A DNA stretch of 64,000 nt, taken from an uncultured virus (IMG/VR IMGVR_UViG_3300046169_000098). Its lineage: Duplodnaviria; Heunggongvirae; Uroviricota; Caudoviricetes. The stretch lies in the IMG/VR virus record IMGVR_UViG_3300046169_000098, one strand, 5' to 3'. The translations under genes and the position numbers were made by a program. Position 1 is the stretch's first letter; each line of letters starts with the position of its first letter. Below are positions 7,733 to 16,466 of the stretch, piece by piece. The notes under the pieces were generated by a model. It saw only the letters and a program-made list of their open reading frames with translations. It was not told where the DNA came from and did no database searches.

Positions 7733-8491
7733 TTATTTTGTTTCTTTTTCGTTTGCCTTTAACAGGCTTTCTCTATTTGGATTTTCAAATGTTTTAGTGT
7801 GTCCACTCACCATTGTAGTTTCTGCGTTAGAGTTTTGACCTATCCAATTTTTGTTTGTTGCTAATGCATTAATATTTTTAATTGGATATAATTCTTCTAT
7901 ATCTGATCTCCTGTGATTCATATATGTCGCCGTTATAAACTCGTCATTAATGAATATATTTTTTTGTAAATTATAATCTACTAATTTTTGAGCTCCTATG
8001 TTGGTCAGCACATATGCGTGCATGTTATAGTGTAAAGATGGGATACAATATGCATCGTTGATCATGATGTCATTTTCCTTATTAAAAATATATCGGCCTA
8101 GATTTAGATAGTCCCATTTATATGGCCAATTCTCATCGGGTTCTGGCAATTCTAAAAGTGGTAATTTGGGTACAAAGTCCTCTTCTAGAATTAATGCTCT
8201 TGAAACTCCGTCTTCTACTATTTTATTCCAAGCGGAGATGTGACTTAATGTACAGCCAACTTCTCCGGGTTGAACATCCTTTTTCCAAAAATCATTCCAA
8301 CTTTCAGGTTGACCCCAATTCTCATATATTTTTGCACCTTCAGGTAGCTCTTCTTGCCAACCATTGTGTCCGACCAAAATCTCATAGTTAGTTACACCAT
8401 CTGTTTCTAATGCAGATAATTTTTTTACAATAGAATCAATTTTCTCTTGTGTATGATTTATTGCTAATACGTAGATCTTGTCGAACTTCAT
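7733..8491 (-). CDS. Glycosyltransferase family 25
   Basis: KIYVLAI, GEVGCTLSHISAW..IVE, ALILEED, HAYVLTNIGAQKL. Confidence 0.8.
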   Translation of the reverse strand: MKFDKIYVLAINHTQEKIDSIVKKLSALETDGVTNYEILVGHNGWQEELPEGAKIYENWGQPESWNDFWKKDVQPGEVGCTLSHISAWNKIVEDGVSRALILEEDFVPKLPLLELPEPDENWPYKWDYLNLGRYIFNKENDIMINDAYCIPSLHYNMHAYVLTNIGAQKLVDYNLQKNIFINDEFITATYMNHRRSDIEELYPIKNINALATNKNWIGQNSNAETTMVSGHTKTFENPNRESLLKANEKETK

Positions 8492-8770
8492 TTATTTTAC
8501 AGGTGCTTTGTAAACAGAATCTTTAACTTGTCTAATCTCGTTAATTGATCTTTTCTTACTCTTTTTATTTCTTTTTCTGGGAGCTGGTTCAGTAGAAGGA
8601 AACCTACTAAAGTTTCCCATGCCATCCATATCCACTTCATCTGATACTCTATTCACAGTAGGGTAGTTTTCTTCTCTGCTTTTTCTTGAACTATAGAATA
8701 TGTTCCATATAGTAAAATACATGTAAGCTGCGAAAATAATTCCACCTACTAGAAAAAACGTTGGACTCAT
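8492..8770 (-). CDS. Hypothetical membrane protein
   Basis: Likely start MSPTFFLVGG at 8770, overlapping the upstream stop (ATGA). Confidence 0.6.
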   Translation of the reverse strand: MSPTFFLVGGIIFAAYMYFTIWNIFYSSRKSREENYPTVNRVSDEVDMDGMGNFSRFPSTEPAPRKRNKKSKKRSINEIRQVKDSVYKAPVK

Positions 8771-8946
8771 GATGTGCGTCTTTGTCTGATTGCTATCGCA
8801 AAAAGGAGGATAGTTCCTGGCCAATGTGCTGAGTATTGGGCCTCTTCTGTATGACCAGCTAATCCCAAACCTACTGAATAGAGTAGACACATAAACGCGA
8901 AGATCACTGGATACCAGCTCTGAAAGAATTTGTTAATCTTTTTCAT
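8767..8946 (-). CDS. Small membrane protein (59 aa)
   Basis: MKKINKFFQSWYPVIFAFMCLLYSVGLGLAGHTEEAQYSAHWPGTILLFAIAIRQRRTS; overlaps both neighbours by ATGA. Confidence 0.65.
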   Translation of the reverse strand: MKKINKFFQSWYPVIFAFMCLLYSVGLGLAGHTEEAQYSAHWPGTILLFAIAIRQRRTS

Positions 8947-9566
8947 TTTACTTGTTTTATTTGATGTTTCTTAATATCTTTTATGATGTCTTTCTTAACT
9001 GTTTCTAAATATTTAGCTCTTTTTTCTGCACTTACAAATGGTACTGCCCAAAATTGTTTAGTTTTTAGCCATCTAGAAATGTTCCATCCGAACACAAATG
9101 TAAATACTCCCATTACTAATCTTAGTTTAACTGAGTTCAAATAGAGTGTTTTTACCGGAAGCGCAGGAGCACCGTGAGTGATGTACGTTCTTACCTTTTT
9201 ATCACTTAAGAATGGCTTAGGATATGCATAGTTACCAAAAAGAGGTATAAATTTATATGCAAAACCAGGTGTCATCACCTCATCAAAAAAGATTTCTGTT
9301 CTTGGTGTAAGTCTAAACCACCAAACAGGAGATACAAAATAGATTCTGTCTGCCCATGTCACTAGTTCTTGATATTTCTTAATAAGATCTGTTCTCGGCT
9401 GAGAGAAATCATCTCTGTAAAGATCAATTACTTCGATCTCATTTAAATATCCATCTTGCGACAATAACGTCTCTTGAATTGTTTTAAAGATCCCATCGTA
9501 ACAGAATGATTTTTGATCTGGATGACCAACTACAATCAAGTTCTGCATTCTTTCTAATTTTTTCAT
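8943..9566 (-). CDS. NAD(P)H:quinone oxidoreductase, flavodoxin-2 fold
   Basis: GHPDQKSF, IDLY..F, WADRIYFVSPVWW, FFDEVMTPGFAY. Confidence 0.85.
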   Translation of the reverse strand: MKKLERMQNLIVVGHPDQKSFCYDGIFKTIQETLLSQDGYLNEIEVIDLYRDDFSQPRTDLIKKYQELVTWADRIYFVSPVWWFRLTPRTEIFFDEVMTPGFAYKFIPLFGNYAYPKPFLSDKKVRTYITHGAPALPVKTLYLNSVKLRLVMGVFTFVFGWNISRWLKTKQFWAVPFVSAEKRAKYLETVKKDIIKDIKKHQIKQVK

Positions 9567-9802
9567 CTATTTGCTTTTTGATTCTTGCTTTTAAATCTGG
9601 TACCTTCACTATTTTTGGCATGTTTTGTTTTTCTGCCTTTAACTCTTTCTCTCCACATTTTAAACGAGGATTCTTTCATGTGTTTCCTCATTAACTTTCT
9701 AACATCATTCTCTTTAAGACCAAATTGGAATTCTATGGCTTCAAATGGAGTTCTATCCTCCCAAGCCATTTCTATAATTCTATCAATTTGTTCTTCTGTC
9801 AT
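9563..9802 (-). CDS. TIGR03643/DUF2805 family protein
   Basis: IDRIIEMAWEDRTPFEAIEFQFGL.E..V..LMR...SSFKMWRERV.GRKTKH signature. Confidence 0.85.
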   Translation of the reverse strand: MTEEQIDRIIEMAWEDRTPFEAIEFQFGLKENDVRKLMRKHMKESSFKMWRERVKGRKTKHAKNSEGTRFKSKNQKANR

Positions 9803-9878
9803 TTTGATCCTAGTATCATTAGAGTAAAAAATCCAATCACTGTAAGAATATTAATTATTGTATAAATTCTTTCTTCTT

Positions 9879-10163
9879 TCATCTCTCTTTGGTGTTAAAG
9901 GTTTCTAATATATGTAGAGCAAAGTCTGCCATCATATCATAGTGATAATGAGCATAGGTTTGTCCTTCACTACGATTAGACTGAACAAAGTCATCAGTCA
10001 TAGATAGAATCTTGTCGTGTGTATCAGTACCATATTCTGCTAATACTTTATCCCACTCCTTTTTTAGCACCTCTTTAGGTGTTGTCTTAACGATGTGTTC
10101 CATCTCTTCACCAAAGTTGTCAAAATCTGCTTGTGGATTGTAATTTGGATTTACTTCACTCAT
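9879..10163 (-). CDS. Hypothetical protein (array member, ends ETFNTKER)
   Basis: Bounded by junction repeats. Confidence 0.7.
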   Translation of the reverse strand: MSEVNPNYNPQADFDNFGEEMEHIVKTTPKEVLKKEWDKVLAEYGTDTHDKILSMTDDFVQSNRSEGQTYAHYHYDMMADFALHILETFNTKER

Positions 10164-10175
10164 TTCTCTTTGGTG

Positions 10176-10334
10176 TTAAAGACAATGGTCATTTAATGGT
10201 ATATCATTCTCATTCTTATACCCAAGTCCAAGTGTAATATCCTCTTTAGTGGTAAGTGTTGTACCATCTTTATAAGTGATGGTTACTACCCCTTCTTTGA
10301 CTTCAATCATTTGAACATTGTCTAATGGTCTCAT
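10176..10334 (-). CDS. Hypothetical 52-aa protein (array member)
   Basis: MRPLDNVQMIEVKEGVVTITYKDG...NDHCL; start and stop both lie inside junction repeats. Confidence 0.6.
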   Translation of the reverse strand: MRPLDNVQMIEVKEGVVTITYKDGTTLTTKEDITLGLGYKNENDIPLNDHCL

Positions 10335-10480
10335 CTCTCTTTGGTTTTAAAGGTTTCTGCATTATAGTTCTTTATGCATTCTTCTTCCATCAACTCTACC
10401 ATTTTAGAGTAAGAGATTTCTTCTCTGTTGAGTTTCCATTCCAACTCTCTTACAAATCCTTGCTTTAAGTAATTACCCAT
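10331..10480 (-). CDS. Hypothetical 49-aa protein (array member, ends ETFKTKER)
   Basis: MGNYLKQGFVRELEWKLNREEISYSKMVELMEEECIKNYNAETFKTKER. Confidence 0.65.
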   Translation of the reverse strand: MGNYLKQGFVRELEWKLNREEISYSKMVELMEEECIKNYNAETFKTKER

Positions 10481-10491
10481 TGTCTTTGGTG

Positions 10492-10743
10492 TTAAACATA
10501 CATTGGAAAATCTACACCATGTCGGTGTACAAATGAGTTATGTACTTCTTCATCTAATTCAATTCTTACATCAACATCACCGTCCTTAAACATTCCAGTT
10601 AAAGCAGTAATATCAAAGTCAGTATATTCTTGATCATCTGTTTTATCTTCTAACGTTCTTAATGCTGTTTGATAAACTTGTAAGGCTTTTACAATAATAT
10701 CCTTTTGTGGCTGTGGTAATTTAACTGTGTTTCTCATTATCAA
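10492..10743 (-). CDS. Hypothetical protein (array member)
   Basis: 83-aa ORF; its TAA is inside a junction repeat. Confidence 0.65.
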   Translation of the reverse strand: MIMRNTVKLPQPQKDIIVKALQVYQTALRTLEDKTDDQEYTDFDITALTGMFKDGDVDVRIELDEEVHNSFVHRHGVDFPMYV

Positions 10744-10748
10744 TTTAT

Positions 10749-11604
10749 TTATGATTTATATGCTGAAGGACTTGGTAAGCCGCTATAATAATCCCAATCT
10801 TTTAAATCGTCTCTGTGCATCGGTGCGTTCCATTTAGGATCATACCAAAATCTACGTCCCCTTAGGATCTATACGAGTATCCATCGTTTTGTTTCCATAA
10901 CAGAGCATAAATTTTTCTTGGATGGCATCAGATCCAAATGGATTGTCCCAGTCTCGAATACTTCCGCCTCCTTTGGCATACGCCAACATCGGAATATCTC
11001 TACATAGTTCCAAGATCTTTGGGTACTTAGCAATTTGCTGGGATGCTGGAAGAAATGGATCAACATTCTCTGCTCTGAATATAATTTCAGCTCTTAAATA
11101 ATTACCAATCCCATTAAACCATTTTTGGTCCATAAGAACTTCATAAAGTGGCTTACGAAATGTTCTTTTAGTAAGATTAGTCATAATATTCAAAAAGAAG
11201 GCATCGAAATCTGACGTTGGATCTGGTCCTCTGTCCTCGTTCCATGCAACACCTTGTGTCCATTTACCAAATCTACGTACATCTACAAACGATAGTGTAG
11301 TGCCGTCTTTTCGATGGAACTTAAGGTGTGCGTGCTTTGGCTCTTGGCCAGTATTTGTTAGTTGAAAATGGCCTGACATTCCCATAGTAATACGAATAGG
11401 AATAAAATCTTTGCTATCTTCATCTTTAATAGTTAGTACAATTTCTTTACCTTTACTTTCTGATTTAAGCCTAAAATATTTAAATGGAATATCTAGCTCC
11501 TTACCTTTGTGTTGGGGATTCTTTTCTACGCGAGCATATGTTACTCCTTCTGAGCAATTATTTACGTAATCTGATGTTAATTTAAGTTCGGCTAATTCTG
11601 GCAT
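10749..11604 (-). CDS. nei: Fpg/Nei DNA glycosylase, NEIL1-like (frameshift near 10858)
   Basis: N-terminal MPE, MGMSG, FVDVRRFG, H2TH DQKWFNGIGNYLRAEI; C-terminus continues GRRFWYDP after removing one G. Confidence 0.85.
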
Positions 11605-11606
11605 AA

Positions 11607-11831
11607 TTAAAATGGTAAATCTTCTTTTAGTAATTTTTCTGTTCTAATAGCATCAATATCGACTTCTTTTACATTTAATGATGCAAATGGAGTGATATGT
11701 AGTTTATGTACATCCCATCTTTGACTCGGATGTAATGCGTTTTGATTTTTGGCTATTAGTTCTGCCTTAGAAAGGGCATGTTTGTCATTGTCGCCTTCAA
11801 TGTAAACCTCGTAAGTTACTGTATATCTCAT
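11607..11831 (-). CDS. Hypothetical protein
   Basis: 74-aa ORF tightly packed in the operon. Confidence 0.65.
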   Translation of the reverse strand: MRYTVTYEVYIEGDNDKHALSKAELIAKNQNALHPSQRWDVHKLHITPFASLNVKEVDIDAIRTEKLLKEDLPF

Positions 11832-11842
11832 ATTATTTATAT

Positions 11843-13133
11843 TTAAATGTCTCTTGGTGTTTCATACACCGCTTTAATTACTGGAAATCTTAGTGAGTGA
11901 GTTCCATTCATATTTGTTGTTTCTTCAAAGTATTGAACTGTGATTTGTTTTCCTAAAATCTGATTAGGATTTTGGAAATAGTATCTACGTTGCTCATGAT
12001 TAAAGCCACTGCCGACTTGTACGCGATTTCCTTTGTGTTCAATAATAACATTCTTCAACATTACTTCTTCAACCTCTGCACCATCGACAATAACCCTATG
12101 TGTATCATTTTCAAGATCAACGACAATATATTCATCGTCAAAGAATTTCTTAACTTTAAGAACATCATTAGAACGCTTGCCTTTATAAGTTGTATCTTTA
12201 CGCAACATAAGACCTTCCCAACCTTCACGTTTTGACTTTTCCATCATAGTTTCCATCACCATGTCATCTGCCAAAATCTGTTTTAAAACTCCAATGTAAT
12301 CGTCATCCATTACATATGCTCTTGCAGTTTCAAGTCTTTCAGAAAGTGTAGTGATAGATTCTTTATCTGCAAAATCTTTAGAAGTCAATAAATCAAAGAT
12401 ATAATAGAATGGCTTTTCAATAGTATGATCTTTTCGTTTGATCTCTTTAATAATACCTTGAAAATCTTCATTACCATTTTCATCTACTACACAAACTTCT
12501 CCGTCAAAAACCATGTTAGTTAGGACCAAGCTTCTCAATAGATGGCTTAAGATTGTCAAGAGTCAAAAACTCTTTACCTTGTCTTGAGTAAAATTTAACT
12601 TTACCTTTATCATCAATAACACCAAGACACCTAACTCCATCAAGTTTACGACTTGCATACCAACCATCGTTCCAATCTACTTTTTTCTTAGTCTTCTCGT
12701 CGTATGCTTGAGCGAGTGCCACATCAAATGTAGGAATTAAGCCGGGTTTTACTTTATTGATCATAGATGTGGTAGACCTAGTCTTTAAGTTACGATCGAT
12801 GATATTCCAAATAAGATCTGCATAAAGCGGATTATCTGACACATATCGGTTAACTGATTTAATTGCATCGTGACCGGTAAGAGTTCTATCGTTTAGATAA
12901 TCTAACAACAAGAAAAAGTCTTCAAATTGGTGGTAAGGACTTACCAAATCTGAATTTTTCTTACAATTAGCAGAAGTTACACCATATTGTTTAAATGTGT
13001 CGTAAGTATAATTAAGTGCCTTACACACAATATCATACTGAGTATATTCTTTGATAACTTCTAGTTTATCTGAATTAGAGTTCGTAGCATTTGATGCTTC
13101 AACGAAATCTGCAATAAGTTGAAAATCTGTCAT
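11843..13133 (-). CDS. lig: ATP-dependent DNA ligase (frameshift near 12523)
   Basis: KLDGVR, FDGE, EGLMLR, LKVK and SLRFP motifs across two ORFs. Confidence 0.9.
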
Positions 13134-13138
13134 GTCTT

Positions 13139-13369
13139 TTATTTTTTTAACCATAAATTATAAACGTAATCGTAACTCGTGTTTAATTGTTCTGCTAATT
13201 TAGAAAATAATCTTTCTCTAATAATACTATCACCTACACCAATATATGAATACACGTCGTTGGTTGTAATTATATTATTTAGCAAACCTGCAAAAGTTGC
13301 GCTTTCATCGATCTCAGTACCCAAATCATCGCTTGGATAGTTCTCTAAGTAAAATTGTTTAATTGTCAT
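13139..13369 (-). CDS. Hypothetical early protein
   Basis: Directly behind the duplicated early promoter/leader. Confidence 0.7.
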   Translation of the reverse strand: MTIKQFYLENYPSDDLGTEIDESATFAGLLNNIITTNDVYSYIGVGDSIIRERLFSKLAEQLNTSYDYVYNLWLKK

Positions 13370-13442
13370 ATCTTTTAGCTTTTAAATACAATACTAATAT
13401 ACCACAAATAATTGACATAAAAAAATCTGGGACTAATTATTT

Positions 13443-13868
13443 TCAATTTATTTTTAAACGAGTAATAATTTCTTCAAAATGTTTATGCATACTCATTCCA
13501 CTATACCATCCTTTGTTTTTCCATGTGTCACATTGACCTGATTTGGTTTTTTCAAATATCTCTGCAGCTTGATCATGATTATAAATACAAAGCTCATTTG
13601 TTTTACGATCTGTATATGCAATCCAAATGTTTTTACCAGAATACTTACGATCCAGTGTAGCCCTGGAGCCTTTTAGCTGAATAGAATATGGAGTAGCTGT
13701 ATCTATATGATATGCAATCATGTCTGCGCCATGCTTATCTGCTGTGATCTGAGAACACGCAAATCCATATTCTACTAGTACTGCTGCTGTTTTAGCAAAA
13801 TTATAAACCTCTTGCTCTTTGCCACCTAATTTGTTATAATTAACTCTTTCTTTAAATAATTCTTGCAT
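13443..13868 (-). CDS. Hypothetical protein, possible PD-(D/E)xK fold
   Basis: GADMIAY...IQLK pattern. Confidence 0.5.
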   Translation of the reverse strand: MQELFKERVNYNKLGGKEQEVYNFAKTAAVLVEYGFACSQITADKHGADMIAYHIDTATPYSIQLKGSRATLDRKYSGKNIWIAYTDRKTNELCIYNHDQAAEIFEKTKSGQCDTWKNKGWYSGMSMHKHFEEIITRLKIN

Positions 13869-14059
13869 TAGTATTCTGTTTTAATTTTCATTTCGTGCCA
13901 CTCTTGAGCAAACCAGCACATTATCTTCTGTTCTTTCTTAAGCATTCGCTTAGAAATTTCAATCGCATATTGTAATCCTTGACGAGTGCTACTGTGATGT
14001 AGCTCTGACTCAAATTGCTCAATTAATTCTACGATTGGTGTTTTGATTTTGTTTTCCAT
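13868..14059 (-). CDS. Hypothetical protein
   Basis: 63-aa ORF, stop/start overlap. Confidence 0.6.
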   Translation of the reverse strand: MENKIKTPIVELIEQFESELHHSSTRQGLQYAIEISKRMLKKEQKIMCWFAQEWHEMKIKTEY

Positions 14060-14204
14060 ATAAGTATAATTACATACTTTCTGGAAAATTTACATCATTT
14101 TCAAAAGATTTGAAATTAAAAGAGTTAAATACAAGCCGAATGCCGTAATCAAAAAGATGTCGGTTGCTTCTATTTTTCTAATAATTGTTTTGATTTTTTT
14201 CATA

Positions 14205-14372
14205 TTAACTAAAGTATATAAATTCTACACATGCTACATGATCCTCTAGATCATCGTCTTCAAATTGAATTGCTGCAGTATCTGGATCAGAGAGATTGAC
14301 GATGGCAATAACCTCGTCAACCACATCTTTACCAAAAATATTTACAGCTTCCAAAAACTTTTCGTTTTTCAT
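14205..14372 (-). CDS. Hypothetical 55-aa acidic protein
   Basis: MKNEKFLEAVNIFGKDVVDEVIAIV...; TAATG-coupled to the upstream gene. Confidence 0.55.
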   Translation of the reverse strand: MKNEKFLEAVNIFGKDVVDEVIAIVNLSDPDTAAIQFEDDDLEDHVACVEFIYFS

Positions 14373-14746
14373 TATTTTTTAATAGTATATGGTTTGTCCC
14401 ATTTACCGATATGTACCCAAGTGTAATATGACGGCACATGTCCATAATCACTGTCTTCAAATCCTTCACCTTTGCCCTCGTTTAAAATAGGCATAATAAC
14501 ATCCATAACGTCTGCTATTTGTGGATTAGATTCATACTGTTCGGTGTCTCTATTCCATCTTTCTTCTCTGTAATCGTGAAAATGATTAAGCTGCTCGTAT
14601 GTAGACCCAAAATCTGTAGGTCCTTCCATAATGGCAACTTTAATACCACTATAGTGTTCAGTAGTAATAGATAATTTGTACTCAGGAAGAGCTTCTTTAA
14701 GAGCTTTTCTCTTTGCTTTAACTTGTTCTTTTGTAATGTAAGGCAT
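14372..14746 (-). CDS. Hypothetical early protein
   Basis: Likely start MPYITKEQ at 14746, behind the early promoter at 14781. Confidence 0.7.
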   Translation of the reverse strand: MPYITKEQVKAKRKALKEALPEYKLSITTEHYSGIKVAIMEGPTDFGSTYEQLNHFHDYREERWNRDTEQYESNPQIADVMDVIMPILNEGKGEGFEDSDYGHVPSYYTWVHIGKWDKPYTIKK

Positions 14747-14839
14747 AATTTTTCTTTTAGTTAATAATTTAATTACTCTACTAATATACCAAAAAAAAGC
14801 CAAATAAAAAAATATTTGGCTGATTATTTTCAAAAAAGT

Positions 14840-15172
14840 TTAAAGTATTTTTCCAAGTATCTTTAATTTCATCTCATCCCATCTGGAAAGAGGACCTGAC
14901 CACATTTTTCTATCATCTAACTTTTCCCACTGTTTATACATATAACCTCTAAGAAATAAGAAATCCCAATTGTCAATGCTAAATTTTTTAACATTACCAC
15001 CATTTGGTAATCTAAATTCAAATGCAAGTAAAGATCTTGTTTCGAAATTATGAACTACTTCTAATAAAGTAAATCCCCAACACCCATCACCATCGTGTAA
15101 AAATAGGTCGAATAAATTAATCTTCAGGTTCCACTTGCGTGTCTTCCACGCTATCTTTTGTAGTATCTTCAT
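14840..15172 (-). CDS. Hypothetical protein
   Basis: 110-aa ORF. Confidence 0.6.
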   Translation of the reverse strand: MKILQKIAWKTRKWNLKINLFDLFLHDGDGCWGFTLLEVVHNFETRSLLAFEFRLPNGGNVKKFSIDNWDFLFLRGYMYKQWEKLDDRKMWSGPLSRWDEMKLKILGKIL

Positions 15173-15237
15173 TTTTAATTGCTTTTTTTAGTTTCTTACT
15201 TGACATGTTCCACATATCATCCCAAAATATCATATCA

Positions 15238-15447
15238 TCATCCATTTTCTACTAAATATGTTAATTCACATTCTGGATCATCGATTATATCTACGATGTT
15301 TGGTTTCTTAGATCCATTTGATTCTAGGATGTCACATGCTCTATCGAATGCAGTTGCGAGTATACAACCGTTGATCCCAGAACTAAGATCACCAGGAACA
15401 TCTAATATGCTCTCAATGTGTCTGTGTATAAAATCTTCTTGCTTCAT
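15238..15447 (-). CDS. Hypothetical protein
   Basis: 69-aa ORF with ATGA overlap. Confidence 0.6.
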   Translation of the reverse strand: MKQEDFIHRHIESILDVPGDLSSGINGCILATAFDRACDILESNGSKKPNIVDIIDDPECELTYLVENG

Positions 15448-15650
15448 TGTGTCTTACTTTCTCCGATTACTGTTACTGATTTCACATTTTCATCAGATGC
15501 TAATATATGATTAGCGTATGCTTCTGTGTTTTTAATATTGGAATAAATTCTCTTTTCTAGAGTTTTATATTCTACTTCAACGTCCCATCCTCCTGGAACA
15601 AGACTTTTTGAATTAGTTCTATACTCATCACCTATATAATATCCATTCAT
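15444..15650 (-). CDS. Hypothetical protein
   Basis: 68-aa ORF. Confidence 0.6.
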   Translation of the reverse strand: MNGYYIGDEYRTNSKSLVPGGWDVEVEYKTLEKRIYSNIKNTEAYANHILASDENVKSVTVIGESKTQ

Positions 15651-15907
15651 GTTAGAACAGCTTTAAATATTGTTGACCAAAGTGCATATGATATTGTCAT
15701 AAGAATAGACCATGTAATTATCATGGTCCAATTCCATTTAGAATTCTTCTTCATAGTCATCTAAATCTTTTAAACTTCTAACTCTACGGTGGTCAAAAGT
15801 TGGTTCTTGATTACGTTGTCTCTTCTTTTTAAAGTTGAGTTTACGTTTACGATCTTCGGGATTAATATCCTCACGCGATAGTTTACGCTTCTTCATTAGT
15901 AAATAGT

Positions 15908-16099
15908 TTAATCGATGTTACTTGTTGTGTTATCTTCGCACCAAACTGGTGGTGGTGATGACCAATCTGGTCTAGTGTAATAAGGATTAGGTGTATACAT
16001 TGGAATATTTACAGTTTCTGACTGTAACAAAATTACCGCTTCTTCTGCTGTAATTCTTTTTTCATCTAGCAATCTCTGTACAATGCTTGCTTTTGTCAT
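15908..16099 (-). CDS. Hypothetical protein
   Basis: 63-aa ORF (ITAEEAVILL). Confidence 0.6.
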   Translation of the reverse strand: MTKASIVQRLLDEKRITAEEAVILLQSETVNIPMYTPNPYYTRPDWSSPPPVWCEDNTTSNID

Positions 16100-16110
16100 G
16101 ATTTGATATA

Positions 16111-16407
16111 TTAATTATCTAGTTGATAATCCGCGGGTGGTAATTCATTTAATAGACTACCCTTTGGATATTTAGTATCTATATTCTCATCAACTAATTT
16201 ATCATACTCGTATTTACCTTTAATAAATTCGTTTAGTGCTTTACCTTGAGAATCGGCTTGATCAAAGGCATTAAAGTCTGCAGGCTCTACACCCTCATAC
16301 ATGTAACTAGCATGGTTAAAATTTACAATTAATGTCTTTTCTTTAAAATCATATTCAGCTGATGTTAAAGTAGAACTATTATAATGTGAAGTTGTTGATG
16401 TTCTCAT
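16111..16407 (-). CDS. KTSC-domain protein
   Basis: SSTL..AEYD..EKTL.V.F...Y.YEGV......F..ADSQGKALNEFIKGKY. Confidence 0.8.
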   Translation of the reverse strand: MRTSTTSHYNSSTLTSAEYDFKEKTLIVNFNHASYMYEGVEPADFNAFDQADSQGKALNEFIKGKYEYDKLVDENIDTKYPKGSLLNELPPADYQLDN

Positions 16408-16466
16408 TTATTTTGTTTAGTAGTTATACCGCGTCGTGTATAAAAGGTTTCAAAATAAATTATTTA

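Larger units (their letters stand above)
9879..10497 (-). repeat. Four copies of the gene-junction motif TTTAAMACCAAAGA(GAG/GAA/CA)ATG
   Basis: Copies at 9879-9907, 10160-10181, 10331-10358 and 10478-10497; each ends in the ATG of the next ORF. Confidence 0.85.

Noticed and set aside
9879..10497. CRISPR array
   Set aside because: Spacing is 130-260 nt and variable, the intervals are ORFs, the repeats are short and no cas genes are present.
11843..11865. Fifth copy of the junction motif (AAACACCAAGAGACAT) at the ligase 3-prime end
   Set aside because: Only a partial match, not followed by ATG, and explained by the coding sequence ETPRDI.
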